A stretch of 56,872 nucleotides of DNA, filler included, from Sphacelaria rigidula (GCA_964200075.2; 7 parts of 7 records of this genome joined end to end with filler, not necessarily neighbours in it), one strand, 5' to 3'; positions 38,121 to 51,462 are shown, counted from the whole stretch's first letter. Program-made: numbers and translations. Notes: generated by a model not told the origin, from the sequence alone.

Positions 38121-40014
38121 TTCGCTTCTGTGCTTCAATTCAGCCATCTGTTGCTTGGATCATACTACCCATGCGCTATTAACCTCCTGGTAGTTGCACT
38201 CCTCTTTTGTCTCGAGGTACCTATGTGAGCATGCAGGGGTGTGCTTCTCCCGGAGTTGGGCGGGGAACGTCGTATCTTCTCCTTGGAAGACACGCTTGAA
38301 TCCCCACCTCCACGAGTCTAATGCCGGTAGCTCCCCTACTTTTGCGCAGGGTGTTACCTACTTCGTTGAGAAGTATTGTCGGCAGATTCGATGGCGATAC
38401 CTTCCGTGTATCGTTTTCCGACGCCAACGTATTCGAGAGTTTGTAAGTCGCGCCCCGCTAATCTATGTGATGAGGAGCCTCCAGTTGTGGAGGTCACGAG
38501 TTCGACTCCCGAGATATCCTTTTTTTTTCGCAGAATCTGGTTCCGTCATTGAGGCCATGTGTTAGGTAGTACACTTTTTCATATATGTATATATATATAT
38601 ATTCAGCGGCAGAGTTTACATCCCCAGGTTGGTCTGCAGTTCGCAGCGATATACTTAAATCGGGCTAACTCGGGAAACGGAAGAAGTTATTTTGTGCCCG
38701 GTATGTTGAGGTTTTACGGCTGGCCAAGCTCGTATGCCAGCACGACTTGCTTCGCTCTCAGTAAAAATGTTCCGGAATGAAAGCAAGCGTTTGAGCTCTG
38801 CCAGGTTAGCCACGGGAGGAGAATTGATGAGCCCCTACGGTAAACGTGGAAAGATTTGAGTGATCGGGAGAGATGGCGATACTCGGAATGTTAGCTTTGC
38901 GATGCTGCAGAAGTCAGACCATGAGCCTTCAACCACTGGGGTATATTTTGTGTATATTGCACTCATCCTTCAAGTGAACATGATGCCGATCCACGATGAC
39001 GACCCTGGTGGGTTAAAATGGTTCATCATTGGACCGTCAGGATGGGTGGTGTGCTGAATCGGCATTGGTAACTTGAAAAATGAGTGTAATCCTTTGACAG
39101 CCGACGCGGGCAGTTTATTGAGTCGGCATTGTTTTTTCTTGAAAACTAATGGAAGACCCAGATGACCCTTCGAACGGCTTACCTCTCGTGATTTGCGTTT
39201 GTAATTGTTTTGATAAGTGATGCCGTCATACCAAAAGGGCACGAGAAAAACGAAGGATCAGTGTCTGGGGTAGGATGTCGAGGTCGGATGCAGGAAGTAA
39301 TCTTTTGATGTGTGTATTACGGCATACCTGATCGCCATGTGAAAAGCTCGTACTACTTAGTATTTGGGACGCGGCTCAACGTGATACACCTCAGGTTCCA
39401 AACCACCCCAACAGGGTTGCTAGTGTTACAAAACCAATTCGACCCCTCTCCGAGCGGAGGTTCTTCCTCGTCCTAATCATCGATTAAGCGTCTGTCCCAC
39501 CACTCATCCGTTTCCATGGTTTCAGTATTTCCACACATCGAATGCGTTTTTTTTCCTTTCCCTGGCAACCGGAGAGGTAAAGTTGAATTCGAAAGAGTTT
39601 CCAGGCCACTGAGCCATTCAGCTGCGCAGGCCTCAAGAGCTAGTTTGCATCTACGCCCGCTGCGGAGTATTTGTCACTTTATGTTTCTAAACTCCTTCAG
39701 TTAAGATTCCTGCACGCTTTGCGTTCGTCAAGGACTCCGTGAGCTCTTGCATCCTGGCTCCTGTTTTGCCGTGCGAAGGGCTTGTGATTGTTCCTAATCG
39801 AGTGACTAATGCTAAGATTTTATTGAGTGTCGAAGTTTAGTTTAGTCCAGATGACGGTAGGATACCCAGCGGAACAAATCTCATTGTATGAGCTTATTCG
39901 GTACAACGCTGTATCTAAACAAAATTACTCGCCCGCTCGCTACTCGGAAGCATCATGGTTGCGGGAAACGAACGTGTATGACTCCGTGGGTCATGAAGCG
40001 TGGGCATCAGGGGG

Positions 40015-40083
40015 CGTAGTCGTTTGTTGCCTACCTTGGCCGTTTGACCATTGACCACGCATCCCTTTCGAGACGGAGCGTGA
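40015..40083 (-). mobile_element. 5'-truncated LINE tail of the 16162 family
   Basis: rc gctccgtctcgaaagggatgcgtggtcaatgg..; degenerate TSD catcagggg/cattagggg. Confidence 0.8.
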
Positions 40084-40849
40084 TCATTAGGGGAGTAATT
40101 ATGGATAAGGTACAAGTATTCAAGTTTGTACCTTGGCTGAGAGTGTCGCCTATATCTGACGGGAACCAACGTCAATATCTTGTTTCCTGTCGACAACGAA
40201 TGATGGATTGGTAGCGAAACAAGTTTACGGAGAGAGCATACAATGGCATGCAGCGATTCGTGAGTGAAATGATTTTGTGCGACCTGCTCGATGCTCTGGA
40301 GGTTGCTGTTGTTTGAAAAAATGCGCACAATATTCGCGGGTCATTATTTGCAAGATATATCGAGCAAACGGCCGTAGATACCGGCGAAAGTGGTGATGGA
40401 TATAATGACAAGGCCGTTCATATTATCGACATGTATCAAACAAATAGTGGAACATACCGTCGAAGTTCGCATCCGGCTGATACTGCCCATGTGTCTAATG
40501 ATGCCACGTTGGAACTGACCGTAGGTCTTGTCTAGAGGGAAATGTACCAATTAAGATACGCTTAAGGCACCTGGCGGGAAAAACTCTATATCTTGNNNNN
40601 NNNNNNNNNNNNNNNNNNNNNNNNNNNNNNNNNNNNNNNTTAATTAATTAANNNNNNNNNNNNNNNNNNNNNNNNNNNNNNNNNNNNNNNNNNNNCCCCC
40701 TCAGCCCTAGGGTTGAAAAACCCTGGGACTGAACGTGGTTCACACGATGGATCGCCGCGTTACCATGTCCCTCTTCCCGAGTACTCGGCGTCTCGGTGTA
40801 GCCGTCGATCTTGAAAATCGTTTTGCTGGGTTATACCGCGTAGGGTATT

Positions 40850-41090
40850 TCAACACCGTGCAGGAACGATTCTATCCCGCCCAGGGGGGGTCCTTGATCT
40901 TGTTGACCGCTCTGTCGGGTTAGACCACGTAGGGAATTTAAACACCGTACAGAAACGATCCCATCCAGTCTGGAGAAGTCCTTGATCTTGTTGATCGCTC
41001 TGCCGGGTTAGACCACGTAGGGAATTTAAACACCGTACAGAAACGATCCCATCCAATCCGGAGAAGTCTCTGATCTTGTTGACCCCTCTG
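40850..41090. repeat. About 89-bp tandem repeat (about 2.7 copies) in the probable gypsy LTR
   Basis: aacaccgt.cag.aacgat at about 40852, 40941 and 41029. Confidence 0.85.
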
Positions 41091-42899
41091 GGCTGTCCGT
41101 AAACCTTTTGCGGATCTTGGTACATCGGAGAATCTACTGCGCAATTGAGCCCTTCTCTGCTCGAGATGGTGTATCGGATGGACGGAGCCTGGTCTGCGGT
41201 TGATATAATTCCCACAAGACATGGAAACACGTCCAACTGTGACTCAGTGAAACTGTCCAAATCCTCTCCTCTGAAAGCCAGTGTGGTTTAGCTCCGTCGT
41301 GAAACAACCGTTGATATTCTCACACTCACGACGATCCTGGGCCCAGCACTGCTATCCCATCCGTCAGAATATATAGTAGAGGTGTGGACGTGATGTCCTC
41401 AGCCAACCCTAAATGTGCCCCCCCAAGCTAGCTAACAGACCTCGCCTGGACCTGAATGCTACAGCTGTTCTGGGTGCACATGAAATTTCTCCACGTTGGC
41501 CGCGAACACCGTTCGCTCTTGTACTTTACGCACCCGCATTTCGACCTCAAGGTTGAGACCTGGTATCACCCCCTGCTGCACCGTCCCCGGCCCAGTCTAC
41601 AAGTCATGTACAAATTTGGCCGGTACATCTTCGTTCAGAACGGAGCTGTCAGACTCTTTGACTAGCATCATATCTTTTACCTCTTCCCTACGCCGGTGGC
41701 GTTGGGTTAACAGCTCATGAAAGTCTTTCAATGTTTGTCGCTGTTGCTCTTCCGTGTTATTCAACGGTAGGGATTCTGCTTCAGGTGACACAGAGTCGAC
41801 TTGGGTGCGAGGCTCGCGCTCAAAAGCAACATTGATCGCGTTGAGCTATGCGGCAGTGACTGGTCGGAAGTAGTATGATGAATCCATACAGCAGGATACA
41901 CATACTCGTCCCTCCATTATAGACATGGCGCACATAGTTTGGCTAAAACGAACTCCCCCCCAGCGTCACTTCAAATGAAATAGGGCGTTTCGAGCGTCAA
42001 GAACAGTTCCAGCAGACCCTTAACTACGTGCTTAGTAACCTTGGGCTGCTAGTGAAAGAGCAAAGAGAACTTGGTTGCTCGATCCATAACAACCAACAAG
42101 TACTTATTACCGGAAGTAGAAGTCTGCTTTACGTCCGATATGTTCATCTACATAATCTCCCAGAACTATAAGAAGCGGGCGGGTCGCACCATTATGGTGC
42201 GACTATTAGTACGTTTGCGTCGGCGACATCCACAAGACAGCACGTGTATGCGAGTATCGGCGACAAGACCGGGACACTCATAGCGTGCGTTGACCCCTAC
42301 AGTCGTTTTCATCACTCCGGCGTACCCATGCGTAGTGTGCACCAACGCGAGTAGGCCAGGTACTAGACTGCGTGGAATAGCCAACTTACTTGGTGTCCAA
42401 CTTACCTGGTGGCCTAGGTGAGGTATACCATAGAAGATCATCATTTTGGAACGTACGCTGTCTGCCCCTTACTTGTACCTTCGTCCTTTTCTCCAACATG
42501 AACCTTTCTCTAATGAGCTCAAGCCGGGAGTCCCGCTCTTGCAGCAAAACTAGTCGCGGCTTCTTCATCAGAATTGCTCTCGCCTGCTCGAGAACGGTCT
42601 GAGGCCTTCACCTGGTATCCGTGGCTCCTCAGTTGGAGCCTCCCCCCCACCAGGGTCTTGGCCTGACTCCCGTTCTGCCTCTTGAACCGACGAACGAGTT
42701 ACAGCGGCTCCCCAAGCCTCTGGTAACTCTGCTTCGTCACGAGGCCACATCGTAGCGAGCGTGCTCAAATCCTCAACCTCACCCTGGATATGAGTCAGGC
42801 TGAACAAAACTTCCGCTTCCACTTGATATAACCGCCTTCATCATCCACGGGTGAACGAAATAAGCCACAATCTATGATATGGCGTCGTTAATTCACGGG

Positions 42900-43675
42900 G
42901 TGGTATCTCGTAACAGTCGGGAGTAGTCGCAACTTTCACGAAATCGTCTCTTTTCAGCTCGACTGCTTCTTCCTATCCACCTGCGTCCGCCCCATGGTGT
43001 CTGAATTCCTCGCCTTGGTTTCCCTTTCGTCAGCTGAGAACGAAATAATCTGGGCATCGAATTCTCGGAAGTGTGAATCGCCTCGCCCTGTCCTGTCGGC
43101 ACCAGAAAAATAAATACCTGTCCGCCCTAATCGCTAACCCAACGTGGGGCAGGCGACGGTATACGTTTTCACTCGCTGCTTCAAAGCTAGCAGTTGTCCT
43201 TTCCTCCGACGATCAGCTTTCGGGGCGACCACATAGGTCCGTCTCTTCCGATACGGTGCGCCCACCTGCACGGCTGATACTGAGGCCTGCTCATTGAGAC
43301 ACCCAGCTCCGCTCAACACGGAGCAACGAGCTCGTTCTCACCAGGAGAGCGCACTATCACAGCAGTACTCTCCAAGATCAGCGTTGTCCCAGAGGTTGGT
43401 GAGAGGAATGACTCGACCAACTTTTTGACGATACTGGCTGATGCGGACTGCGGCTCGGCCCATTCGATGGTGTAACCCGAGTTGTATTCCCTACCAACAC
43501 TTTTGGTTGCACTTCTTCCACAAGGTTGTGGGAAGAACCGCGCCCCGGACTCGTATGTACCAGCCTGACTCCCTCTCCAATCTGATATACTCCAACACAA
43601 TCCAACGCCTTCCAGTCCGCATCAGCGTGTCACTTCTACGAACTCTTTGGCTGCCAAAATACTGCCTCCACCTCC
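42900..43675 (-). pseudogene. C5-cytosine DNA methyltransferase-like domain inside gypsy pol
   Basis: GGGGSILAAKEFVEV/ADADWKAL (motifs I-II), QPKVLVGN (IV position), TTLILES (VI position), LSGAGC..SVSAVQVGAPYRKRRTYVVA (VII-VIII), joined across frameshifts. Confidence 0.65.
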
Positions 43676-45619
43676 AACTGGAAAAATCCATTCGCTAAAT
43701 CAACACTCCTAGAGTACTTGGATTCTGCTAGCCCACTATACATGGTCCGCATATCCCTCCAGCTGCCGCTGTACGACTCAAGAAGTTGGTTCAGTCCACG
43801 ATAATCTTGACATATTCGTAAAACTACCGTCCATCTTTCTTTCGAACCCTGACGCAGGCGGTTGCCCATGCTAGCGTCGATCGCACGTAGCCCGGGACTA
43901 GCTTCCTAGCCAAATCTTCTGAGCTTACGTCCTCCGTTAGATGCAGCAGCCACTGCAGCGTAGTATCGTCCTCCACGTTACTCCAAGGCTTTTCCACACC
44001 TCATTCGATGCTGCCAGTTCGCTCCAACCAGACAACCTTACTGTCGAGTCGTCACCAAGCGCGCTTGGCTTGACAGCACGGATGAGGTTCGAAGTTGCTG
44101 AATCTCCTTGGCTGGTGAGGTGGTCGGTGTCAACAGCTCCGAGTTTTGGGGGACTATTAGACACGAACCGTACTCACGGCGCCTCCGGCGAAAGCCAAAA
44201 TCTCGATCGCCCTTCAAAAGATGACGTGCTCTTGTCTCTCCTGGAGAATCTCGTTGCCGAAATAAATCCATATGGTAATCCATGGACCACCCGGACCAAT
44301 ACCTTTATTAAGTTATCCTTTATGCGGAAAAGAATAGGAACTACCGCTGACCCTAGAATTTTCATCTGAGGTATCTTACTGTTACTAGGGTTAGCAGACC
44401 TCAAAAACATTCGTTATATTGCCCCACATCATCTACAACCTCCACCACTGTTTCGATGTATAGCTCCCCCCCCCCGCCCCGGTGCCCAGTGACACCGTTA
44501 CTGGTGAGCGGTGGCTACTTTTGCTGTGGTGTCAACTTCAGCTTGTACCCACAGCTGCTGTGCATCGTTCCTACTCGCTTCGGCTAAAATGGCGTTCGAA
44601 GGAGGGGTAGCCCCAGACGGATGAAATATTTGTATGTGTATCCATCGGGTTAGGTGGAACCTAGTCCCTAGATTGATGTTACAGAGGCGGCGGCAGCGGC
44701 GGCAGCAGCTGAGCATGGAATATGTACACTGCTGGTCGCGCCTGGCTTGGAGTGAACAATGTCAATGGAGACCCAGTTACTGGAAGTATCCGCTGAAGAA
44801 AAATGGAGGAAAGATGGTCGTGCAAACCATTGGTCAGGAGTACTAAAATAAATTATTTGTGGCGCCTCAGCGGCATTTTCTTGCAAAGGTGCAAAAATAC
44901 TGCTGTTATCGTCGTGGTGCAGAAAAACTGCTGCAGTGGCGGACGCACAAAAGATTGATGCTTCTGAGGAGGTGCAACAACCTTCTGCCGCGTGGGAGGG
45001 TGCATCAACCTGCTGCTGCATGGGAAGGTGCTTGCACGGGAGGCTGTTGGACGGATCCCGCCGGGTAGAAGGACTGGACTCGAGGGTTCAGGGGGTTTCC
45101 ACTCATTCTTCACCGATTTTGGGTTGGCTATGTGATAATCGACACGTTAAACCGGCACGCACGTGCCACATAGATGTAAAAACACCGATTGAAATAATTA
45201 TGGATTATTCATTGCAGTATATGACAATCTTCATGATTCAAGAGTCACGAGGGTGGTGTCTGGATGAAACATTCTCAGTCATCAACGGCATAAGGACACG
45301 ATGGAATAGAACAGACATCATCACTTTTTTATCATGATAAGAAAGTGGACACCAGGAAGGAAAGGTGAATAAGGGGAACAGGAATTTGTTTGAGCAAAAC
45401 AGATTAATGTGAAGAAACGATAGAACCAGTAACATAAATAGTAGCGCTTGACCAGTATAACGATAACGAACAAAACAAAAAAAGGGGAAGGGGAAGGAGA
45501 ACGAAAGGAACAGCAATATAACCGGACAAAACAGGTTCACGCGTGTGCATTTGGCCATGGTATCACCTGTTGGGGACAGCTAGGTATAGATTGATGGACT
45601 CCCAAGGGAATTCTGGCTC

Positions 45620-46465
45620 CATGTCAACCTGTTCGGACAGCATGGGAAAATCCTGGTCACCTGTCAACCTGTTCGGACAGCATGGGAATTCCGGGATGCC
45701 TGTCAGCCTGTTCGGGCACACGTGGGAAAATCCTGACCACCTTTCAACCTGTTCGGACAGCATGGGAATTCCGGGATGCCTGTCAACCTGTTCGGGCACA
45801 TATGGGAAACTCCTGGCCACCTGTCAACGTGTTCAGACAGCATGGGATATCCGGGATGCCTGTCAACCTGTTCGGGCACATATGGGAAACTCCTGGCCAC
45901 CTGTCAACTCGTTCAGACAGCATGGGAATTCCGGGATGCCTGTCAACCTGTTCGGGCAAACACGAGAAAATCCTGGCCACCTGTCAACCTGTTCGGAAAC
46001 ACATGGGAAACTCCTGGCACCCTGTCAACCTGTTCGAAAACACATGGGAGACTCCTGGCGACCTCTCAACCTGTTCGGAAACACACGGGAAACTCCTGGA
46101 TCTCCTGTCAACCTGTTCGAAAACACATGGGAGACTCCTGGATCTCCTATCAACCTCTTCGAAAACACATGGGAGACTCCTGGATCTCCTGTCAACCTGC
46201 TCGAAAGCACATGGGAGACTCCTGGATCTCCTGTCAACCTGTTCGAAAACACACGGGAAACTCCTGGATCTCCTGTCAACCTGTTCGAAAACACACGGGA
46301 AACTCCTGGATCTCCTGTCAACCTGTTCGAAAACACATGGGAAGCTCCTGGATCTCCTGTCAACCTGTTCGAAAACACACGGGAAGCTCCTGGCGACCTG
46401 TCAACCTCTTCGAAAACACACGGGAAACTCCTGGATCTCCTGTCAACCTGCTCGAAAACACATGG
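45620..46465. repeat. Minisatellite, about 21 units of 39-42 bp (ctgtcaacctgttcg...)
   Basis: tgtcaacc recurs every 39-42 bp. Confidence 0.95.
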
Positions 46466-46779
46466 TCTTGACATCTTGAGCCTTCGTCCTCGCCTATTTT
46501 CCTGTATGCAATCAAATCCTGCTTGTTCGTTGTATGGTGCAAGCATATATATATATATATATATGGTTCATACAACTTTTCGTTCATCCATTCGATGTCC
46601 GACTTGTATATTGGCAACTTGGATAGTCTCCACGATAAACAAACGAGTCGTTCATTACAAGCCAACAACTTTCATCAAATTATTTCCAGTGTCAATCTTG
46701 GCAAAGGAATGTGTGGAACCCATGGACTCTCGAGACCAGAAGAATGCAGGCAGGGCTGGCTCCGGGACGGTCATAGCGC

Positions 46780-46922
46780 GCAGACAGGTAGACGGTCATC
46801 ATCGAATTGATCGTCGGAGCACGCGCATGTAGACGGTTATCTTTGAATGGATTGTCAGAGCGTGCACAAGTAGACGGTCATCTTCGAACTGATTGTCGGA
46901 GTGTGCACGAGTATAAACGGTC
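46780..46922. repeat. About 40-bp tandem repeat, about 3.5 copies
   Basis: gtagacggtcatc.tcgaa.tgat.gtcggag repeated. Confidence 0.8.
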
Positions 46923-47214
46923 AACGGGAACTGACGGAGCATCCGCCTGGAGGCCTCATGCAAACACATTAGCATGCAGCTTCACTCATAGCCGCTCAAT
47001 CGTTGTGGATCTGGGTTGATTGTCACACTCATGAGTAGCTACATAGAAATTCGCAGGCGGGCACCAACAATAATTGTTGACGAGCAACTGTTGCAGGCTT
47101 CATGCAGTCCTGTGACCCACCGCTGCGGGTAATATTAATCAAATAATGGTATGTTCAACAGTGCATCTGGAAACAAACATCCACCTATTCGCAGTCGAAA
47201 TGTAAGCTAGAAGT

Positions 47215-48090
47215 ACATGGTTGGGTTTGATCTCTTAGAATCGGAACAACTTCACATAACTCTCAATTTGTTTTACGCATGCATGGCTCGCATAATCTCT
47301 TTGAATATATCTACCAAGGGCGCAAACGATCAAACAGAGGGAGCCACAGAGAGGTTGCATCCATTTTCCATGACAAAATAGCATTTCGAGCATTAATGAT
47401 TTCCCCCCCCTGACCAGGGGGTAGGGTGAAAACCTCATGTTTCGTTCATTCAAGCCTTGCAATTTATGTGCACGGCAAATCGGTACCGTGCCTGGTGGCA
47501 TGTATGCAGACAGTATGACATTACGGTTAGACAAACAGATTTCCGTGAATTAGCGGACGGCAGCGTAACAATGCCATCCTCTATCAGTTGCATACATGGT
47601 CATGTACGAGGTGCGGTTATTAGGTGCACACGGAAACGATCACCCATGTATTAATGGAAGTCGTGAAGTGAAGTCAAAGCACATGATATGGGTCTGATTT
47701 CTTCAAAATCGGAATAGACATCACATAGCCCCGAAGTTCTCAAGCATAAATGACTTGCCCGTACCCTTTGGAGCTATCCACCAAGGGCAAACCTATCACT
47801 CAGGGGGAATCACGTTGAAGTGACATTCAATTTCCATGACAGTAACACACATTTAACGCATCAATGATCTGCTCCCCCCCTGACCGGGGTAGGGTAAATA
47901 CCCCATGTTTATTCAAGCTTCGCAATTTCCGTTCACGACGAATCGGCTCACATTGTATCGGGCCTTGTAGCATGTATGCACAACCAGTATGGTATTATGG
48001 TATTACGATCACACAAGCAGTTTCGTGAATTTGCAAAGCATAGAGTAAAACGACATTATTTCACCGTTGCATACGTGGTCATGCATGAAA
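47215..48090. repeat. Old tandem duplication of an approximately 465-bp unit
   Basis: Colinear anchors aatcggaa, accaagggc, tttccatgaca, cccctgacc..ggtagggt, gcatgtatgca, gttgcatac.tggtcatg occur twice. Confidence 0.75.
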
Positions 48091-48880
48091 TACTCGAGCA
48101 AGTGGTTCGCGTTCCTTGGAGTAAATGTATATATTATGCTGTATGTACTCGGTACTAATTGTAGCCGACAACATATCGATAGCCCTGTGGATCTCTTCTA
48201 CAGGCAGTTTGTTAACTCCCATCTGCTGGTTGATATCGCGTTCAGTAGTTTCACTTAGGCAACACTGCCATCACTACCTCATGTCTCCCCACAGTATATA
48301 GACTCGGATAAATAGTACAGTACACGGCAAAGGTTCTTCCGCATGCATAGTCCGACATTTGGTATTCGATGGTGATTCGGAACAGTTTTGTTCCCAGAGT
48401 AAAAACATATTATTACTCATGCACTGTTAGACTAAGTACAAAGTCAACGATTTCATCGAGGAGATGGTGTAGGCTGTAAACAGTCAGTACCGTCATCCTG
48501 TACAGCCATATTGTAACAGCATCACAATAAATATAACGGTTGCATGTCGTAAAACCCAAGGGTGTTATCGCAACTCAATGTGCGAAGACACACGCGATTT
48601 TTAATCCAGCGGGTCTTGTCGAGTTTGAGTACGTGTGGCATATTGTACCGTCGTTCCATTTCAGTCAGCTGTGTGAAACTCAAAAAAATCATAGCGTATA
48701 GCAACAGCAGCGTCAGTTGTGAACAAGTCTAACGNNNNNNNNNNNNNNNNNNNNNNNNNNNNNNNNNNNNNNNNNNNNTTAATTAATTAANNNNNNNNNN
48801 NNNNNNNNNNNNNNNNNNNNNNNNNNNNNNNNNNTAGCAGATGGGGCGAGTGGTGGGGGGGGGGGGGGGGGGGGGGGGGG

Positions 48881-49090
48881 ATGTACTCATGATCTTGCAT
48901 GCCGTAGTCATACCGTTGACGTCGCATCACCAAGCGTAAGTGCCATTATGTGTTCGGCGAGTCGCATGAAGGGTGAGCTGCATCTTGCTAAGATTGATCG
49001 GCCCTAAGAGTACAGGCTATCCTGCATGCGGACTACGGCCTCCAATGAGGTGCATCATTTTCTGGTATCACCACTTCCAGAGAACCACGG
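48881..49090 (-). mobile_element. 3' end of the second LINE-like family next to a long G run
   Basis: Homologous to 16466-16735; G run at about 48854-48880. Confidence 0.65.
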
Positions 49091-50554
49091 GTTCCACACT
49101 GCCCAACGGGTGTCTCACCATGAAAACACTACGTAGTACGATCATCCCCTTTGCGCGGAATTGAGGTTCTCCCACCCCGCAAAATATGATCTAGCCCGAC
49201 CACGATCATAGGTACCGCAAAAAAACAAAACGTAGAGCGAGAAAAAAAGAACGGCCCGCTGGTTGCCTAGCTTACGCAGTGAGTAGCGTGTTTTACAGCG
49301 TCGTTGCCAAACCGACGCCAACCCTCACGGGACGAGCAGGGACGGGAGGGAGTGGGGCACTATAAGAGTTCGAACTTCCGCCCGGTCCGCCTGGTGTACC
49401 TATCCCGTACCCTCGCTGATTGGCTAGACCGTGCTCTTCGCAATACCCCGTTGCGAAATTTCAGTGGAAAAACACATTGTACCGCCCGGTCCCGTTGGTC
49501 TGCCTCACTGATACAACCGAACCGGGTCAGGGCGGGATCACGTCCCGCCAAATGCAGATAATTTTTCTGCCCCAAAGCAATAGTATTTCCAGGGTACTGC
49601 CTCCAAGAATCCACCAAAAAACCTACCGAAAAGTACCCCGGAGCACCTGAAATGTCCATCCACACCCGTACCTGTACCCTTACCCTAACCGGCTTTACAT
49701 GAATGTGGTACGCAGTATTGTTCCCACAACATAGTCAGCTGACACCGAGCGAGAACACCGCTCGCCCTGCCTGTTTCTGTTGCAGGTGACATCACAGCTG
49801 AGGCTTTGTCCCACGGGTCGGGGGCGTTCCGACACAGGGAGTCGACTGCCCTTTTGAATCTTTCTTGGTCGACAAGAGTACAGGGTACTTGTACTGATCA
49901 TAAAAAAAAAAAACAGTCCACGAATGAGTGCGTCAAGCAAAAACTACGGTACACTGTATATATATATATTGAATTAATGCATGCATGTATGTATGCATGC
50001 ATGCATGTACTCCGTATGTATGAATAAATTTATGTATGTGTGCTCGGAGGGGCCAAAATTCGACCACTCTGAATGAGAACTTGACAAAAATACAGTAATA
50101 ACCCAACCTACTTCGAGTGGAAAGCGTACTCAGAACCAGCACACCACGGCCGAGACGTAGCTACCCTGGAAAACGACTTAGAAGACTCGTACGTAGTACA
50201 TCAACCCCCTCACTCTTCCCCCGAACGAAAATAGTATGACTCCCATGTGATGAACCTTAACGGTTACTTCTAGAGACCACGTTGGCACCTACAGTACTGC
50301 GCAGGAATACGTGGTACATTATCTCCTGAATCACACCCCTAGCTGATGACTTTTCCGGTTCCAAGAACTCATCGCTGGGGCGTGGTATATACCGTATATC
50401 AGGGGTGATCCTTGAACCTGAAGTCTGTTTTTTTTACACGTTCCTTCCGAGATGGGGGGGGGAACAACGAAGTTTGTCTCGAAGTGCGGTTCACGTTCAA
50501 GAGAATTTCTCCTTCCGTACGCTCAAAATTCGGCAACATAAATGCATGACAAAT

Positions 50555-50870
50555 TACATCAAATATAAACAAACACAAATACAATCCAATACAATCAAAT
50601 CAAAGCCAATAAAAAGCAAGTTGTTAAATCAAACCAAAATCAAACTAAACCAAAAAATTAAAATTGAATCAGATCAAATCAAATCGAATGAAATCAAACT
50701 AAATCAAATCAAAATAAATCAAATCAAGATCAAATCAAAATAAATCAAACCAAAATCAAACCAAAATCAAACCAAAATCAAAATCAAATCAAAATCAAAT
50801 CAAATCAAAACCAATCAAAATCAAATCAAATCAAATCAAATCAAAAGAACTCGCAATAAATCAAATTCAG
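50555..50870. repeat. (AAATC)n microsatellite, degenerate at the edges
   Basis: Visible pentamer run. Confidence 0.95.
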
Positions 50871-51396
50871 TTGACTCTTTAAGCACTGGCGATGGAAAAG
50901 TGTGGTTTTAGAGGTGCTGTTTTATGAACGATATATGGTTGAGTTTGTACAGCTCTCCAAGGGTCGGACAAAGAAACGATTCATCTGAAAATCACTTGAT
51001 TTTAGTGTAATTGATTCGCACCGTACGAATCAATCCTTGGTTCTGTTCTTCACCGTTGCACCTCAGGTACGCACACCCCAGGATCGTGGAATAGTGTAAA
51101 AATTGCGCAAGACTTCTGCGAGCCGCGGTTAACGTTTCTTCATCTCTTTCGAGCAATCAGGTCTCAGAAATCGTAGATTTGGTGATTCGAATCTACAATG
51201 ATTCATCCGATGCCTTGCAGCTTTCACGCAAAACTATTAGCCCGAGACGTGTTTATCAGACCCGTGAAAAAATGCGCGCATGTGCAGCATGGGACACTCA
51301 TTTTTTATTTTATTTGTCGCACCTTGAACCCCTCCCCTTGCTCGGGACGAGTCTGTGGTCTCGAGGGATCAACAACCAATCTCCCCCCCGGTACAC

Positions 51397-51462
51397 TGCT
51401 CCGTCTCGAGAGGGATGCGTGGTCAATGGTCACACGACTAAGGCAAGCAACAAATGAGTACG
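51397..51462 (+). mobile_element. 5'-truncated LINE tail with 14-bp TSD CCCCCCCGGTACAC
   Basis: Matches 16097-16162; TSD at 51383-51396 and 51466-51479. Confidence 0.9.

Larger units (their letters stand above)
40696..45110 (-). mobile_element. Ty3/gypsy LTR retrotransposon, decayed, most of RT/RNase H deleted; boundaries approximate
   Basis: Protease end VRVVHGLPYG; RT RICQDYRGLN..SVDLANGFFQL; integrase LVHTTHGYAGV..VLSCGCRRRK, SGNKYLLVVMDRATKF; integrase lies after RT. Confidence 0.9.

Noticed and set aside
45543-46832. Long ORFs (429, 265, 231 aa) and CRISPR-like periodicity
   Set aside because: All three frames are open because the unit lacks stops; there are no unique spacers and no cas genes, so it is a minisatellite
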